A DNA stretch of 60,156 bases, filler included, from Ionaspis alba (Eukaryota): assembly GCA_964255285.1 (NCBI GenBank). It is 5 parts of 5 records of this genome, joined end to end, with 100 filler letters (N's around TTAATTAATTAA, not from the genome) between each part and the next. Parts side by side here need not be neighbours in the genome. Positions count along the whole stretch, not along the records: positions 1 to 11,998 come from CAXUUL010000528.1; 4 more parts are not named here. The stretch is one strand, 5' to 3'. The notes under the pieces are model-generated. The model ran no database searches and was not told the origin of the DNA. It worked only from the letters and a program-made list of their open reading frames with translations. The translations under genes and the position numbers were made by a program. This document shows positions 1 to 12,098 of the stretch, in pieces (position 1 is the first letter of the stretch; each line of letters opens with the position of its first letter).

Positions 1-1669
1 TCCACTGTTGCAAACACAATTGCCTCTTTCTCTACCCGTGCCTGGCTTGGAGCAGCTTGATTTGCTTTCTCAATAGTTGGCCAAATTTCCTCGATTAATT
101 GCATCCTCTCAGTTTCATTGACTGGGGGTTCTTTGACTTCGATCAGCCATGCCGCCTTAGTCTTACCTGTGCCAGTGAACAGTGCAGAAATGATTCGTGG
201 ATGGCTCATGACGGTGCCTTCGAGGACAAGGGGATTTATTTGGAATCCGGTGGACAAGATAATCATATCATCACGTCGACCCCGGTACTTCCAGAGATCT
301 TTTGTAGGATGCTTTGACATGAGATCCTTCGTAGGCCACTCAGAGAGCTCTGGAAAGTTCAAAAAGACAAACTGCAACGGCAGAATTTTCGGATCTTTGA
401 CAATCACTAGCTCGTGCAGGTCTTCCGAGTAGTGTCGCAGCGTAGCACCGATAATGGGGTTGAAGTTCATCCATTCGTGGTACTTCTGATCCTCTACAGT
501 GAGCGGCAACGCACCACATTCGGTAGCTCCGTACGCTGGGTATATGTTGACATGAGATCGAATCCTGTCTGCGACAGCTACCGAAGGTAACGGAGCACCG
601 CACCAGATCACATAGTCCAGCTTTTCAAAGGCTTCAAGATGCTTAGGGTTCTTAGCCATTTCCTGTAGCACCGCAGGTGATATGACGGCGGATTGGCAGA
701 TGTCTAAGGTGACAATCTTGCTAACCAACTCGGCTGTGGGTAAGACGTTAGGAGGGCCCATAATTGGTGGCATGTTCCAGTACACAGCTGTAGCGGTTGT
801 GCACAGCAGTCCCACCATCTAAATTTGGTTAAAAGCTCTGTGGACTCCTCTGGGCTAAATTGGAATACATACATGAAACGGGGGAAAAGGCAAGTACATT
901 CGATGGTCTTTCCACTTATCTATGAGTGTCGAAGGCGCGTCTGGTACAAAGTGGCCGGGCGAGAGTTGTCTACGAAATGCCTCCAGCCCTGCAAAGGTAT
1001 AAGTGATGGGCTCGGGCAGGCCTGGGATTTGATTAGACTGCATGGAGACTGAGTGGCCAGCAAGATTATACCGGTAGAGCCTGATGTATGCAGAACAACA
1101 TAAGGACGACGAGGATCATCCGTCAACATTGCTTGGAATGGATACACGAGAACCTTCTCTTTCGCCAGCCAGTGGTCGAGACAATCAAACTCTACAACTC
1201 GCAACTCCCGGAGAGCCTGGATGGCAACAACGGCTGACTTGAAAATCGGGAAGTCGCCGGCGAGAAGCAAAACATTACACTCTGTGGCTTCGAGAAGTTT
1301 GACCTGTGCGGCAATCGTATTTGCCGGGGATATGAGCATTGCCTGGGCAATTCAGTAATTGATAATCTTCCTCGGTTTACCAACCTTTCATACCTTATGC
1401 CCGGTCTTAGCAGCAGCCAACGCAATGATCGCATATCGAAGGTCAGTTGATCCAACATATGCCAAAGTCTCGTAATTTCTGCCTTGACCAAACTTCTCTT
1501 TTAGCCACCAGGAGCAGCGATTGACTGCATTTGCGAAGTCTCCATAGGTGACAGTGATGAATCCATCTTTGAGATCTGGGGATTTGATAGTCGCACAATA
1601 GAGCCTTTCAGGCTCTAGTCTAGCACGATCATCGATGACTGTTGGCAAGAGAGCCTGACTGTCATCCAT
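1..1669 (-). CDS. NRPS-like adenylate-forming enzyme (AMP-binding/ANL domain; probably the N-terminal part of an A-T-R reductase), 3' end runs off the window
   Basis: Spliced translation from ATG 1669 (introns 1343-1393, 1022-1071, 819-872): MDDSQALLPTVIDDRA..TYGDFANAVNRCSWWL..HTSGSTGLPEPI..FPPFH..YGATECG..WPTKDLMSKHP..WKYRGRRDDMIILSTG. These are typical fungal NRPS-like A-domain motifs. Confidence 0.88.
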
Positions 1670-2423
1670 CGGAGCCGCCAAAGGCAGACTGTCACGACAC
1701 AATGTGGTCAGAGTTCTTGTGAACCAAGACTGAGGCGTGGGTGCAATAAGAAGCAGTGTCACAGATCGGCGTTCTTGCTTCACAAGAATGCTAAGAACTA
1801 AAGGATTGAATCGGCTTGCGCACTTGAGACCATCGACCGTATTGACTGATATTAGTGCAGAACAAAGGAGGGTTCGCAGCTGCAGAGATCGGCATGGTTT
1901 CAAAAAGACATAAGACAACCAAAGCGAACCACAACCCTCAAAAGTGGTGGTATAGCATCAGCTGAAGCGATACTACGTTTCACCACTCGACAGGCCCATT
2001 CCTGCCGGAGAGCGAGGTAGGGTTTCATGGCAGTGTTATGCGAGTCATTCGATAAAGGGGGCAGGATGTGTTCTGGTAAGATGGATCGCTCCGTAATCAT
2101 AGGTCGGACAGAGGACATAAGCGCCGCATCATCCGGCCGCATACGGGATAGGCGCACGGTCTACCTTTTCTCTAATATTTACGTTGTAATCTTCATCCAT
2201 TCCCTGCGAAACGATGCCTCAACCCTTGCATTGCTTGCGTACATGAGTAGCACAGGAATCATCACCTAGTCTCTAAATGCTGTATCCTACCCCGCCACCA
2301 AACCGCAGATATCCAATAATGCATGCGCCTATACCATAGCGCGCAATGCAGCCCTCCCCTGTGTATATCCCTGGAAAAGCTCCAAACGCCGAGCATAGGT
2401 GCGTTGATCAACAGTCCGAGTTC

Positions 2424-4260
2424 CTAAACAGCCACGCCTCTTTCCAGCCAACCGCTCTTCCCTCTCCATGCCCAAGTCCACAACGCCATTGCGACAAACC
2501 CACAAGCTCCCATCGCCCAGAAAGTACCTTCATAGCATGCCCTCCCATAACACAGCACTCCACCTTCTTGCACATGCCCCTGGTATACCGCAGCATAGAC
2601 ACCACCCCATACCGCTGCCCCGCCTGCAGGCACCACGGCCACGATACCCCAGTTCGTGCCAAAGTTCTGTACACCCCAGACGACGCTGATGATGATCGGC
2701 GTGAGGGAGAATACGGCACCGTAGCCTGTGCCAACCAGAGCGGAGATGAGTGGGAAAACATCGGGGTGGTTAGAAATGAGGGGTGAGGCGAGAAGGATGA
2801 AGGAAAGTGTGAGGAGGAAGGTGGAGGCAAGCAGGAAAACAAGGCGGGAGACGGTGAAGGGTTTCTTCTCAGGCGGTTCGATAGAATAAGTATGAGTGGG
2901 AGCAGTAGGTGCCAATAGATCGGAGAGCGTGCCGGTGATGAGGCGGGCAGCGGTTGAAGTAATGGCAACGATAGATACGTGATTCGCCGCAGAGTTCGAA
3001 GGCGGAGCTGTCGAGGGCGGTGGGTAGAGAGTACTGATTATAGTACCTAGATTGTTTATAAAGGCTTCTCCAGGACCAGTAACGAGGAAGAATCCAGCGG
3101 CCAGAAACCACATTGTGTGATCGGCAAGGAAGCGGCGAGTCTCAGCATTCAGGAGCCAAGTCTTTTTGCGCTCTTCTTCATCCTCGTGCGCTTTCAAGGA
3201 CGCGGATTCGTAGTTGTTCGTGTTCCAGTCATCATTACCGATGTGATGGTCAGATTCAATTGTGCCGTAGCCATTGGCATCGTGCAAAGTGGATCGATGG
3301 AAGAAGGCGCTTTCCTCGAGGAGGCCACTTCTTTCGAGTTCCTCGACCGCTTCGTCGATCATCTCTTCCTCGTCTACCACTCTCAAAACCACAGAACCGA
3401 TCAGGCCAACGACGAACAATGTTCCACTGAGAAAGAGGAAGAACTGGAATACATCCACATCTCCTCGACTTCCGTCCGACTCAACCTCGTAGAGTATTCG
3501 ACTCCCCACCTGACTCTGCCACATCCCGCTCAATCCAAAGGCCGCAATCGGCATTGCAAGTGCCAGTCCTTTATGCTTCCCTCTTCCGAAGTTCTTGGCG
3601 CAAGTCGTTACCGCGCTGAGATACATCGAGCAAGTGCCCATCCCGATACCCACAAACGCCAAAACCATAATTCCGAACGGCCAGCCGCCTTGCGTTGGAG
3701 GACCTGAGTGATATGCGAACGCCGCAAATAGATATCCAAGTCCGAATAGAAATGCAGAGACCAAAGAGAGAGGTCTAGGTGAGTAACGATCGCACAAGTA
3801 GCCAAAGATCGGGACGGGAAGATACATGGCCAGCTCCGCCGTGATGGAGACGACATTGACCTGGAACTGCGTATAAAGGAGGCGCGAGAGGAAGAGGTGG
3901 CCATAGACGGAGTAAGCGGTTATAGAGCCTGCGCAGAGACTGTATGATTGAAAGAGCACGCATGTTAGTCGCTGGACAGTGTATTTTGACCGGACACGGG
4001 AAGGATGTTGCAGGACCATACCAGCTCAAGATGGCGCTGGCGAAGCTCAGGTATTTGGTGACTTGTCTCTTCATCTTCCGTCGATCCCTCTCTATGATTC
4101 CTTCCACCACATTGCTGAGTAGACTCTCGTCATCCCTCAGCAGGCCATGAGGACTCGATGCACCGGACCCATTCGCGGTGGAGGGAAGCTTCCGATGACT
4201 GTCAAAATCCAAGGCATCGACATGGCCGATGCGGCTCTGGCTAGAACTCCGTGAAGGCAT
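2424..4260 (-). CDS. MCH1: MFS transporter, Mch1/nodulin-like monocarboxylate transporter homolog
   Basis: ORFs 3775-4260 and 2424-4019 are joined by intron 3940-4021, giving SAILSCLCAGSITAYS. About 12 hydrophobic segments; motifs GYLCDRYSPR, TGPGEAFINNLG, WGVQNFGTNWG. Confidence 0.85.
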
Positions 4261-4801
4261 CTTCGCGGTCAGTCGTCTTCCCTCTCGTCGAGAGGGCAGC
4301 AGAGATGTGCTTCCTCGAGGACGAGGTGGGTGGACAGAAGTCGTTGCCGACCATTTTTAGCATAATTGGTAGGAGGCGGGATCTCCTCCGGGGGTCTCCC
4401 GTTATTCCACCCTCCCCAAGGGCCCCTGGGTAGAGGCCCCTCGGGGAATTTTTAGCTGCTAAATGACAGTCGCGTGTCCTGTGTGACATCAGCTGCCCAA
4501 TGACGAAAGGATAGCGGGTGCTAGATATGTCTTGGCGGCTTAGTCATTCGCTGAATGCTCTGATGATTGCGAGTAAGGGGCCAAATAGATGAACTGAAAT
4601 GTACGGTACTCTGGGTGCATTATTGGTCAGTCTTTTCAGTGCGGTAGCAATAGGCGTTACAGAACCATACAAGCTATCTACCCACTCCCACTAAATACAA
4701 AAATCCCCGAGCTTTCAGGGGTATTCGCACGCCACAAGGGGATCGCCACCTACGCCCCGCCATGAGAATGACGCGCCGGCTCGAGCTGATTCCTGGTCTA
4801 T

Positions 4802-7800
4802 TCAAAAACTCACAAACCCATCCTCCTGATAGTCTTCTTCGACCCCGATACTATCATCCTGAATCCCCTGCAGATACAGCTTCAAGCTCCTCAAGCCTCG
4901 TAGATACCCACGATCGACATCCTCGGGAAACTGCGGTCGACAAGACGTACCCTGTGGTAATTTATCCTCGCCCGTGACACAGTTCGCAAAGTCGACCAGC
5001 TTGATATCGATGCTTGAAGGGGGAGATTTCTCATCCGCCTTTCCACCGTGTTCAGAGGCACCAACAGGCACTGGAGTGGCAGCACTACTACCGCCATCAT
5101 CATCGTTAGCAAAGGACATCCTTTCGCTAGCAGCGGCGCCATCGTAGAGGAGTAAGAGACTACTAGCGTAGAACCTGTAACCAGGTAATCTTGCAATAAT
5201 TTTCTCGAGTTTCGTGATCTTCTCCAAAAGCACCGGGATGTGCCTCAACACGCTCCTCTCACTTCTTCCATCACCTAGGAACCGCTTCAAAGCATCTGTG
5301 AACTGTCTGCCAGCCTTGATCTCTCTTCCAGCATATTTGTCCTCGAAGAAGGACTCCTGGACCTTAGCATTCCAGCCTTGCATGCCGCAGAGTCTCACAC
5401 CAAGCTGACGCGAGGTGGTGAGTTTGCATTTCTGCCGCTGGGATGCTTGTTTTTTGGCCGTGGCTTCGATACCGTACTGACGGGTTCCCATTTTGAGGTC
5501 AAGCACACAGGGGTGCGTCATGTCCGAGGTCAGATCTTCAAGAAGAAGGAAGTGTCGGACGCGCTCATCCGGTTGGAGTTGGGCCTGAAGAGGATTCAGT
5601 GGTGGATGGGGAAGTTCGGGTGTTGGAGCGAGTGTGGAGGTTGGAGGAGTTGCATAAATTTCTCTCAACATGTCATCGTCCGACGACTGGGAGGTTTTGT
5701 GGGCTTCGACAGGGTTGGGCTTTTGACTGGGTACGAGATCCCCATTTGCGACACTCCGCTTTGCATCACCACTGAGTGTTTGTGGAACCGGCGAGGTTTG
5801 GTGGTCAGCTAATTCCATCGGAAAGATATTATCCTCTTTGTCACCCCCATAACCTTCATCTTCGAAGTACTCAAGATCACTCCTTTGACCAGTGCTAACG
5901 TCACATTGATGTCTGCGGAGACCACTGGCCGAGCGTCTACGACGAATGCGACGTCTTTCCGAAGTTGAAGATCCATTAGACTCAGAGCCTGTTGTATATA
6001 CCTTCTCGAGTCTCGGTAGATCAGGTTCTGTGAGCATCTCCTCCGGAGCCGAAGTCCCTTCGAAGCTCCGGCGAGGAGGTTTCAGGACTTCGGACCTTTC
6101 CTCCGCACCTTTTTTTAGTTCGATGTCATCAGCTGACATCTGATCCAGGTTCATTCCATTGGACTGAGATAACAAGAAAGATGGCACTCTTTTCCTTTCG
6201 CGCAAGCTATGTATCTTGCTTTTTGCCCTTCCGTGAGGGCGTCGGTAATGATGTACAGGAGGCGGGCTAAAGACCTCGCGAAGAACTTGTTCTTTAAGCT
6301 TCGTATTGACCGTGGTTGCACCCCAGCTCGGATGTTGCTTATGTGAAGGACGTTTTGGTGGTGTGATGTTCCGTTCTGCAGATTCTTGAAAGCCCTGCCC
6401 AACAACATGGGACTTCGGTTCTTCAATGGAGTTATCGGTGAAGTTACCAGTGTCGGGGGCAGGCAATAACGGCATGCCAGGAGCATGGGACGAGTGCGTG
6501 AATAAGTAATCGGGTATGATGTGTAAATTGTTGGCATATATCACTTGAGGGATTGCTTCGTCCTGGGTCTCCGCTTTCTGGTTGTGGCTTACCACACGCG
6601 GTGCTTGGTCAGCCGCTGTTGGTTCTGTCGAGTCCAGAGTTGTTGGCCATGAATGCTCCCTTGCACCATGAGACGAGGCAGCTTGTGTCGATGGCAAAGG
6701 CACTACATCGACGTTTCTCTTCTTCTTTCGTCGTGGTGCCTTCTTGTATGTGACATTGAGAACACCAAGGTATCTAAAACGAAATGACATAGTTATATCA
6801 GCAAAGCCCACAATCTCAAGTCCGTGAGCAAGGGAAAAGGAGTGGTTTCGTATGCTCTCGTATTTATAGCTAATAAGGATGAGGAATTGATGCACCGGCT
6901 CACCTTGGAAGAAATCTGAGCATCTCTGGATGTCTACGTTCGATGACTTCGTAGAATTCATTCTCCCTATTGTTCAACTGCTTACAGATAGCCTGTTTAG
7001 AGAAACTAAACACCTTAGTATGGCCACCAACTTGGTGCTTGTACGGCTGGAGCTGCACAGCACCGAGGGGTCCACGTCGCGACTTCGGCCGATGAAAATG
7101 CTCGTGTGCGTAGGGAGTGGCTGTGGGTGTAACATCGCCATCATCTGTGACACCAGACTCTTCGCCACGATCTGAACGTCCTATTTCGTCGAAAGAGTCA
7201 TATTCACTTTCCGAAGCAGAAGACGCGTTGCTGTCAGTTCGACTAGAGGGGTGAATGCCCGTTAAAGTTCGCACTCTTTGATAAGAATCGTTTCCCGGAC
7301 GGACTTCCTCATATCGTTTCTGGTGCTGAAGTAGCTCTTCAGTCGTGAGTTTGCTTTCCTCGTTGATCGTGTCCAGGGAGGTCTCCCTTGTCAATTTCTT
7401 GGCTCCATCAGAATCATCATCATCCAATGAACTGGTGTGATCAGGACTTGTGTCTCCCAAATTATCAGGCGAGGGTCCTTGGTGGGGATAGTACGTAGCA
7501 GATGAGATATGCTCTTTGTCGGACTCATACTCATCTTCGTCATCATCTACGATCTTAGGCTCCTGTGCTTCGCCTGTGATTTGCCGCGGCTCATGAGCAT
7601 CATGCTCCACTCGGCCGAAACTTGCAGACTCGTGGAATGGGGCTCTATTCTTTCGAACTTCTTGAGGCTTACGCGACCCTTCTTTGGACGGACCCGGACT
7701 ACTATGGTAATTGCGTATGTCTTCCAGTAATCGGAGGGGTAAAGTTCCTTGCGACGAATCGCCAGATCTCCATTCTATGCTTTCGACACTTTCTTGTTCT

Positions 7801-9008
7801 TCACTAGGGGATTTCTCCTCTACTGAAGGTCGATTTGAGGAGTCCGAGTAAGGCTCAGTAGAGTACTGTTTCGAAGGAACCTCTGTTGAAGGTAACAGTC
7901 GATTATCCAATCCGGTCTCCAGCTTTTCCTTGTCAGCATCAGGATGCCGCGAACGGTTCTGGGATCCCTCTTTTGGGATACTCTCAGTGTCGACCTTGGC
8001 CTCGTGTTCTATATGAGTTTGTTCAGAGATGTCAGGCGTAATAGTACCCTTTCTAGCCTTGTAACCTTCCTTCGTTGACTTTTCTTTGCTCTTCCTCTGA
8101 TCCTGAGAAGGTGCGTTTTCCTTGAAAAGGCCTAAATAATGACTAGCCTTTCGACTTCTGGCATTCGACAACGGTTCCTCATTCGCGAGTGTCGCCTCAA
8201 TTTGTTCATCGCCATGCGTCTTGCTTGTACTTCTCTTGGTCTTCTCGGTAGATCTCCTTTGAGGCCCTTCCCAAGTATCGCGGGACGTATCATCAATGGC
8301 ATTTGTGCTATCCTGAGCCCCTGCGTCTGATTGATTCCATGTTGTAGACATTCGGAGAGCTAATTGTGGACGCGGAGGAGTGGTGTATGAGCGATGTGAA
8401 GAGGATTTCTGCGTCTTCGCTGGAGTCACTGAATTGACTGAAACGTAAGTCCCGAAATCCTTCACCTTGATCTCATCACTCCTCAGAGCGCCAGTGCCAC
8501 CGTATGTACTTGTATCCTCATGCAGACTCCTTTGGCTGCTGTTCTGTGAGTTGGCACTACCTGCCTGAGCAATCGGGGATGTTATCGAGGCAGAGGAGCT
8601 TGACACCCGTGACAGCAACGGAGATGCTGTGGCTTTCGTAGACAACGACGCTGATAACTGAAGATCGGCAGCGACATTTTGGTGGTTGTTAAGTGGGTCG
8701 TTCTTGCTCTGCTTTGTTGATGGTAAACGTGGGGTAGCTGCACCACTGTCACCAACGGAAAGATGCCTCGAGAGATCGCCTGCGGTTTCGGTCGGCGGGG
8801 AAGAACGTTGATTAAATGCTTTTGGTGCAGGCAAGGAGGAACACCGGCTCCCTCTGGTCAGAAGCGCAAGATTGACAGGCCTTATCGCCGTTGGGATCGT
8901 CTGGGATGTTGCTGCCGAGTCATGTCGACGGCTTGATTCTGAGACAAGCTCAGAAGCGGACCTCACCAATGGTGAGGTATTTTCAGGAGCGGAAAGGGGG
9001 CTTGACAT
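4802..9008 (-). CDS. KCS1: Inositol hexakisphosphate/polyphosphate kinase (Kcs1-like)
   Basis: Two exons (intron 6774-6903). HQVGGHT..RENEFYE..FLPRYLG, the IPK signature PCVLDLKMG, SSLL and IKLVDFA; long low-complexity N-terminus. Confidence 0.9.
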
Positions 9009-9376
9009 GAGGTGGACATTGGGCTCACCGCTACGCTATCGGCAGAGAAGGGATTTTGGCGCGAGGGTGGGCGATCTATTCGTTGATTTGGTGTGTGGTG
9101 TGGCAGATGGATAGAGTGGGAGGCAAATGATCATTGCCCGTGCTGTGCAATGGTGAACGGCCAAGATAAGCGCAGATCTCTTCACGACAGTTTCTGCGGC
9201 CTCGATCGAAAGCTTGCTCTATGGTTGAGTGGATGCTGCATAACATGTCCTGTCACCTCTTTCTAACTGCTCACATCTCTGCAGAGTCTTCTGCTGTGTA
9301 TAGCCGAAATTGACAGTGCTTGTGTGATGACGTCCGATAGCGCCGAAACAAACACGACAAACACAGATCCTCCACA

Positions 9377-9582
9377 ATGAACCCCCAGCGCAATAAGAAT
9401 GTCTTCAAGTGTGTCTTGGTCTTCTGCATACTTCTTATTGCCTATCTCTTGCTTTCTAGTCCTTACAACACCACAGTATGCTGCTTCATGCCATTACGTC
9501 GTCTCCTCTGCAGTCTCTCCCACATCATCCGTGCTCTCCCTATCCCGGCTAACAGAACGGAATAATTGAGACCAATGAATGA
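9377..9582 (+). CDS. Putative 41-aa single-pass membrane microprotein (two exons)
   Basis: ccacaATG start context, 33-codon exon, GTATGC...GCTAACAG intron 9476-9555, 8-codon exon ending at TGA 9580-9582. Hydrophobic core VFKCVLVFCILLIAYLLLS. Confidence 0.4.
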
Positions 9583-10816
9583 AGAACGTGGCACCCTCCG
9601 CATATCTCATTCATCAGACACAATGCAGTCTACTGCAATCACGCTTTGTACCAGCATGTGTTTGGCTCGCGTTTCTGTGGATTGCCTTATCCTAACGGTG
9701 TCGTGCCTGTCGCTCTTAGTCCCATGCCTGATTTTGTCCTGCTCAGCATAGTTGTTATGTCAAAGGAACCTGTTGAGCACGTATGACCTACCACAGTGTT
9801 CAACAGAAACGCGGCAAATGAGGTCTGCTTGACCGTGATTCTCTCCAGAAGCAGATTTCACAGACTAACAAGAGCCGGTCGCTCATTGTACGTAAGCTGT
9901 ATTGAAGCAACATGAAAGAGGTCGAAGCATCTGCTCAGCCTTAACTTCTCTACGGACTACTCGACCATCACTCTCTTTCACCGCGCCGTATCGCCCAACA
10001 ACACCACCTCCTGAGTTGATCGTCCAAGTGAGCAAACCAAATCGGGCACTCAACTGACCCAGACTGCGAATTTTATATATTGAATTGCAAGCAATCTGTC
10101 TGCTATGATTCCGTGTCTATGTCGTTCCTACCAGAAGATTCTGAACAGAAACCTCCCCTATTGTCTCAACAATGAAGAGCTTGAACTTGCTTATATACAC
10201 ACAGTGACATATAACAATGTATTGCTGTCGCTGCAACAGCAGCGGAGGACCATGATGGAGAACAAGATCTCTTCGCACTTGTCACTAATTTCCATTCTTC
10301 CCCTTCTTCTTGTCCAACATTACATCAAGTTTTCTTGTCCTAGAAGTTGACGCCNNNNNNNNNNNNNNNNNNNNNNNNNNNNNNNNNNNNNNNNNNNNNN
10401 NNNNNNNNNNNNNNNNNNNNNNNNNNNNNNNNNNNNNNNNNNNNNNNNNNNNNNTTCGAGATGGGACAGCAATAAATATAATGCTATTTCAGACATTGAT
10501 TACTGTGTTGCAAAACCGTGACCCTATCTCTGAACCCTTTCAAATATGAAGGCTTGTGCAGTTTGTCTCAGGTCTACCGGTTTTTTAAATTTGTTTACAT
10601 TCCCTCTGGTTTGATTCACATTCCTCAAGCTCAAAAGATCGGGATGAGATCCTTCGAATAGTCTTATTACTCTCCTAGCCGCAGTTCGAACCTCCGGTGT
10701 CACTGCCTTGTGGTTCTATTGCTGTCGTTATATACTACCACAAGAATCACGAGACCCGTTCTGGAATTGATCACTACACTGCTCCCGTTCTCTGTCAGCA
10801 ACTTACATTGCCCAAG

Positions 10817-11998
10817 ATGCGCTGGATCAGCGCGGTGTTCGGGCTATTGTATTTTGCAAGTTCGATATCTGCTCAGGGCACACTGGGTGGTTCGCAAGGT
10901 GCTTGTGGAAGTGGAGACGCCTGGGTATATCAAGGTTGCTACTCTGACGACGACAACGGACCGCACGCTTCGTTTACCTGGCTACTTAGCAGCAATCCTA
11001 ACTCTGTCTATTTCTATCCTAATTACAACGGTAGTATCACAGCTACATTCTGTCAACAGGCCTGCCGAGGGCATGGCTTCAGGTACGCGGCACTGTACAA
11101 TAGAAGAAATTGCTACTGTGGGGCGGACCTACCCAATCCTTCAGCTCAGGAGTTCACATCGGATGGTCCTGGCGACTTGATCGGTAATAATCCTGGAGCG
11201 ACGTCTTCCATCAGTGTTTGCCACCAATCTGGTCAAGGATGTGCTGGAGATCCAAGCCAATACTGTGGTTCATCAGTTGGTACCGATATCTATATGGACC
11301 CGTCCTTCAACAATTCAGCTTCCGCGGGATTGCCCCAGAACTTTGACTATCTCGGCTGCTATTACAACAATCCTCCCGGTCCACTCTATGTGGGAATAGC
11401 AACTACATCCACCTATGACTGTGCATCTTATTGCGGTACTCTTGGCTATGCCTACATGGGTAGACACGGGTTCGATAGTGCAACCGATACATTCAACTGT
11501 GGCTGTGGCAGCGAAGTCCAAACTGGAAATCAAGTTCCGGAAACGAATTGCAAATTCTTTTGCAACGGGACTGTCAATGCAGCGTACGTTTCCCAATCAA
11601 TGACAGGATGATGTTCTGACCGTACCACTAACGGATTGGCTTAGTGGAGGAGCTTTGACATGTGGAGGTCAAGATTACTGGTCAGTATTCAGGAACCACG
11701 ACCTACAAGGATGCTATTTCCCCACTGTTCCCGGTGTTTCCCCAGCCGCTAGCTATGTAGCACCACCTGCAGCAACAGAGGCCGTTCCTGACACTCCTCC
11801 GCCTACAATTGCCCCTACGCCGTCTCCAGAAACATCGACGGACTCCTCCACCGATGCGTCTACAGTCTCTACCACCGAATCCGTCTCAACCATAACAACA
11901 ACAAGCAATACTTTCATCTTCAGCTCGAGTCCAACGTCCGTCAGTACCTCAGCAATAGGTTTATTGTCATCGAGCCTCATCTTCACTTCAACATCTTC
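10817..11998 (+). CDS. Secreted WSC-domain protein (two WSC domains plus Ser/Thr-rich stalk), truncated by the linker
   Basis: Signal peptide MRWISAVFGLLYFASSISA. Two Cys-patterned repeats (YQGCYSD..CQQAC..CYCG; YLGCYYN..CASYC..CGCG..C..C..CGG). Intron 11584-11644; S/T-rich tail. Confidence 0.85.
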
Positions 11999-12098
11999 NN
12001 NNNNNNNNNNNNNNNNNNNNNNNNNNNNNNNNNNNNNNNNNNTTAATTAATTAANNNNNNNNNNNNNNNNNNNNNNNNNNNNNNNNNNNNNNNNNNNN
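11999..12098. other. Artificial scaffold linker N44-TTAATTAATTAA-N44
   Basis: TTAATTAATTAA at 12043-12054 places stops in all six frames; the same construct occurs four times. Confidence 0.97.

Noticed and set aside
4499..4565. Possible C/D-box snoRNA (ATGACGA...CTGA)
   Set aside because: The C box is degenerate, there is no convincing terminal stem, and I recognise no rRNA guide sequence. An Rfam/snoscan run would be needed.
12043..12054. TTAATTAATTAA recurring about every 12 kb as a biological repeat or transposon target site
   Set aside because: It is always centred in N44 flanks, so it is an assembly linker.
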